Shown: piece by piece, positions 63,625 through 64,000 of the stretch
Layout of the letters: every line of letters starts with the position of its first letter
Numbering within the stretch: the first letter of the stretch is position 1
Assembly: GCF_006345805.1 (NCBI RefSeq)
Contig: NC_043022.1
Location: forward strand, 24,304,001 to 24,368,000
Direction of reading: 5' to 3'
DNA length: 64,000 nt
DNA from: Octopus sinensis
Lineage: Eukaryota
The notes under the pieces: model-generated
Told to the model about the DNA's origin: nothing
Databases searched by the model: none
The model's input: only the letters and a program-made list of their open reading frames with translations
Position numbers and translations under genes: made by a program

Positions 63625-64000
63625 GGTACTACTACTGTTACTCAGCCCAGACGTAGCATGAACTGGCTCAGCGCGCACACACATATCCAAAAGAGTTTTT
63701 CAACCCAGTCTTTACACGCTATTGTTTTACAGCTTTGTATGCGTGCTTCGGGATACACTATTCCAAAAAAAAAAAAGAATACACACACACACACACACAT
63801 ATATAAATAAACATACACACATTGTTGGCACAACCGCTCTTCAGTCCAGACGCAGCATGATCTGGCACACACACATACATACACACACACACCTGGGCTG
63901 TAAGAACTGTACCAGCAGAATAAATTAAGAGAAACTTTACCGATTCCACAGAGTCCAGCAGAAAAATCTACAGCTAGACTGCTGCTGCTGCTGCACAGCA

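Overview
Repeat-dense, AT-rich eukaryotic DNA. It is most likely a coleoid cephalopod (Octopus-like), inferred from recalled octopus SINE, MITE and LINE-tail families rather than from a database search. No complete protein-coding gene, rRNA, functional tRNA gene or CRISPR array can be supported, and nearly all ORFs in the track are translations of microsatellites or SINEs. The window holds several tRNA-headed SINE families that share modules (labelled A-E and V here, my own labels). It also holds MITEs with verifiable target-site duplications (GG-ended 8-9 bp TSD Merlin-like, hAT, Tc1/mariner, piggyBac-like), three adjacent non-autonomous Helitrons, RTE-LINE and mariner coding remnants, local tandem and inverted duplications, and a few unique islands that may be minus-strand exons or promoters. 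Most notable: (1) SINE family B inserts as head-to-tail ~184-bp multimers joined by a constant palindromic junction (GAAATA|GGTATTTC) that falls in the anticodon-arm loop of its tRNA-like head, suggesting a circular or cleaved RNA template copied by rolling-circle or template-jumping reverse transcription; (2) two minimal hammerhead-ribozyme-like motifs in Penelope-like termini; (3) a ~100-bp target-site duplication around a SINE; (4) an exon-like island whose only in-frame UAG sits opposite a C in a small hairpin, like an amber/W A-to-I editing site. All coordinates were read by eye and may be off by a few bases at diverged ends.
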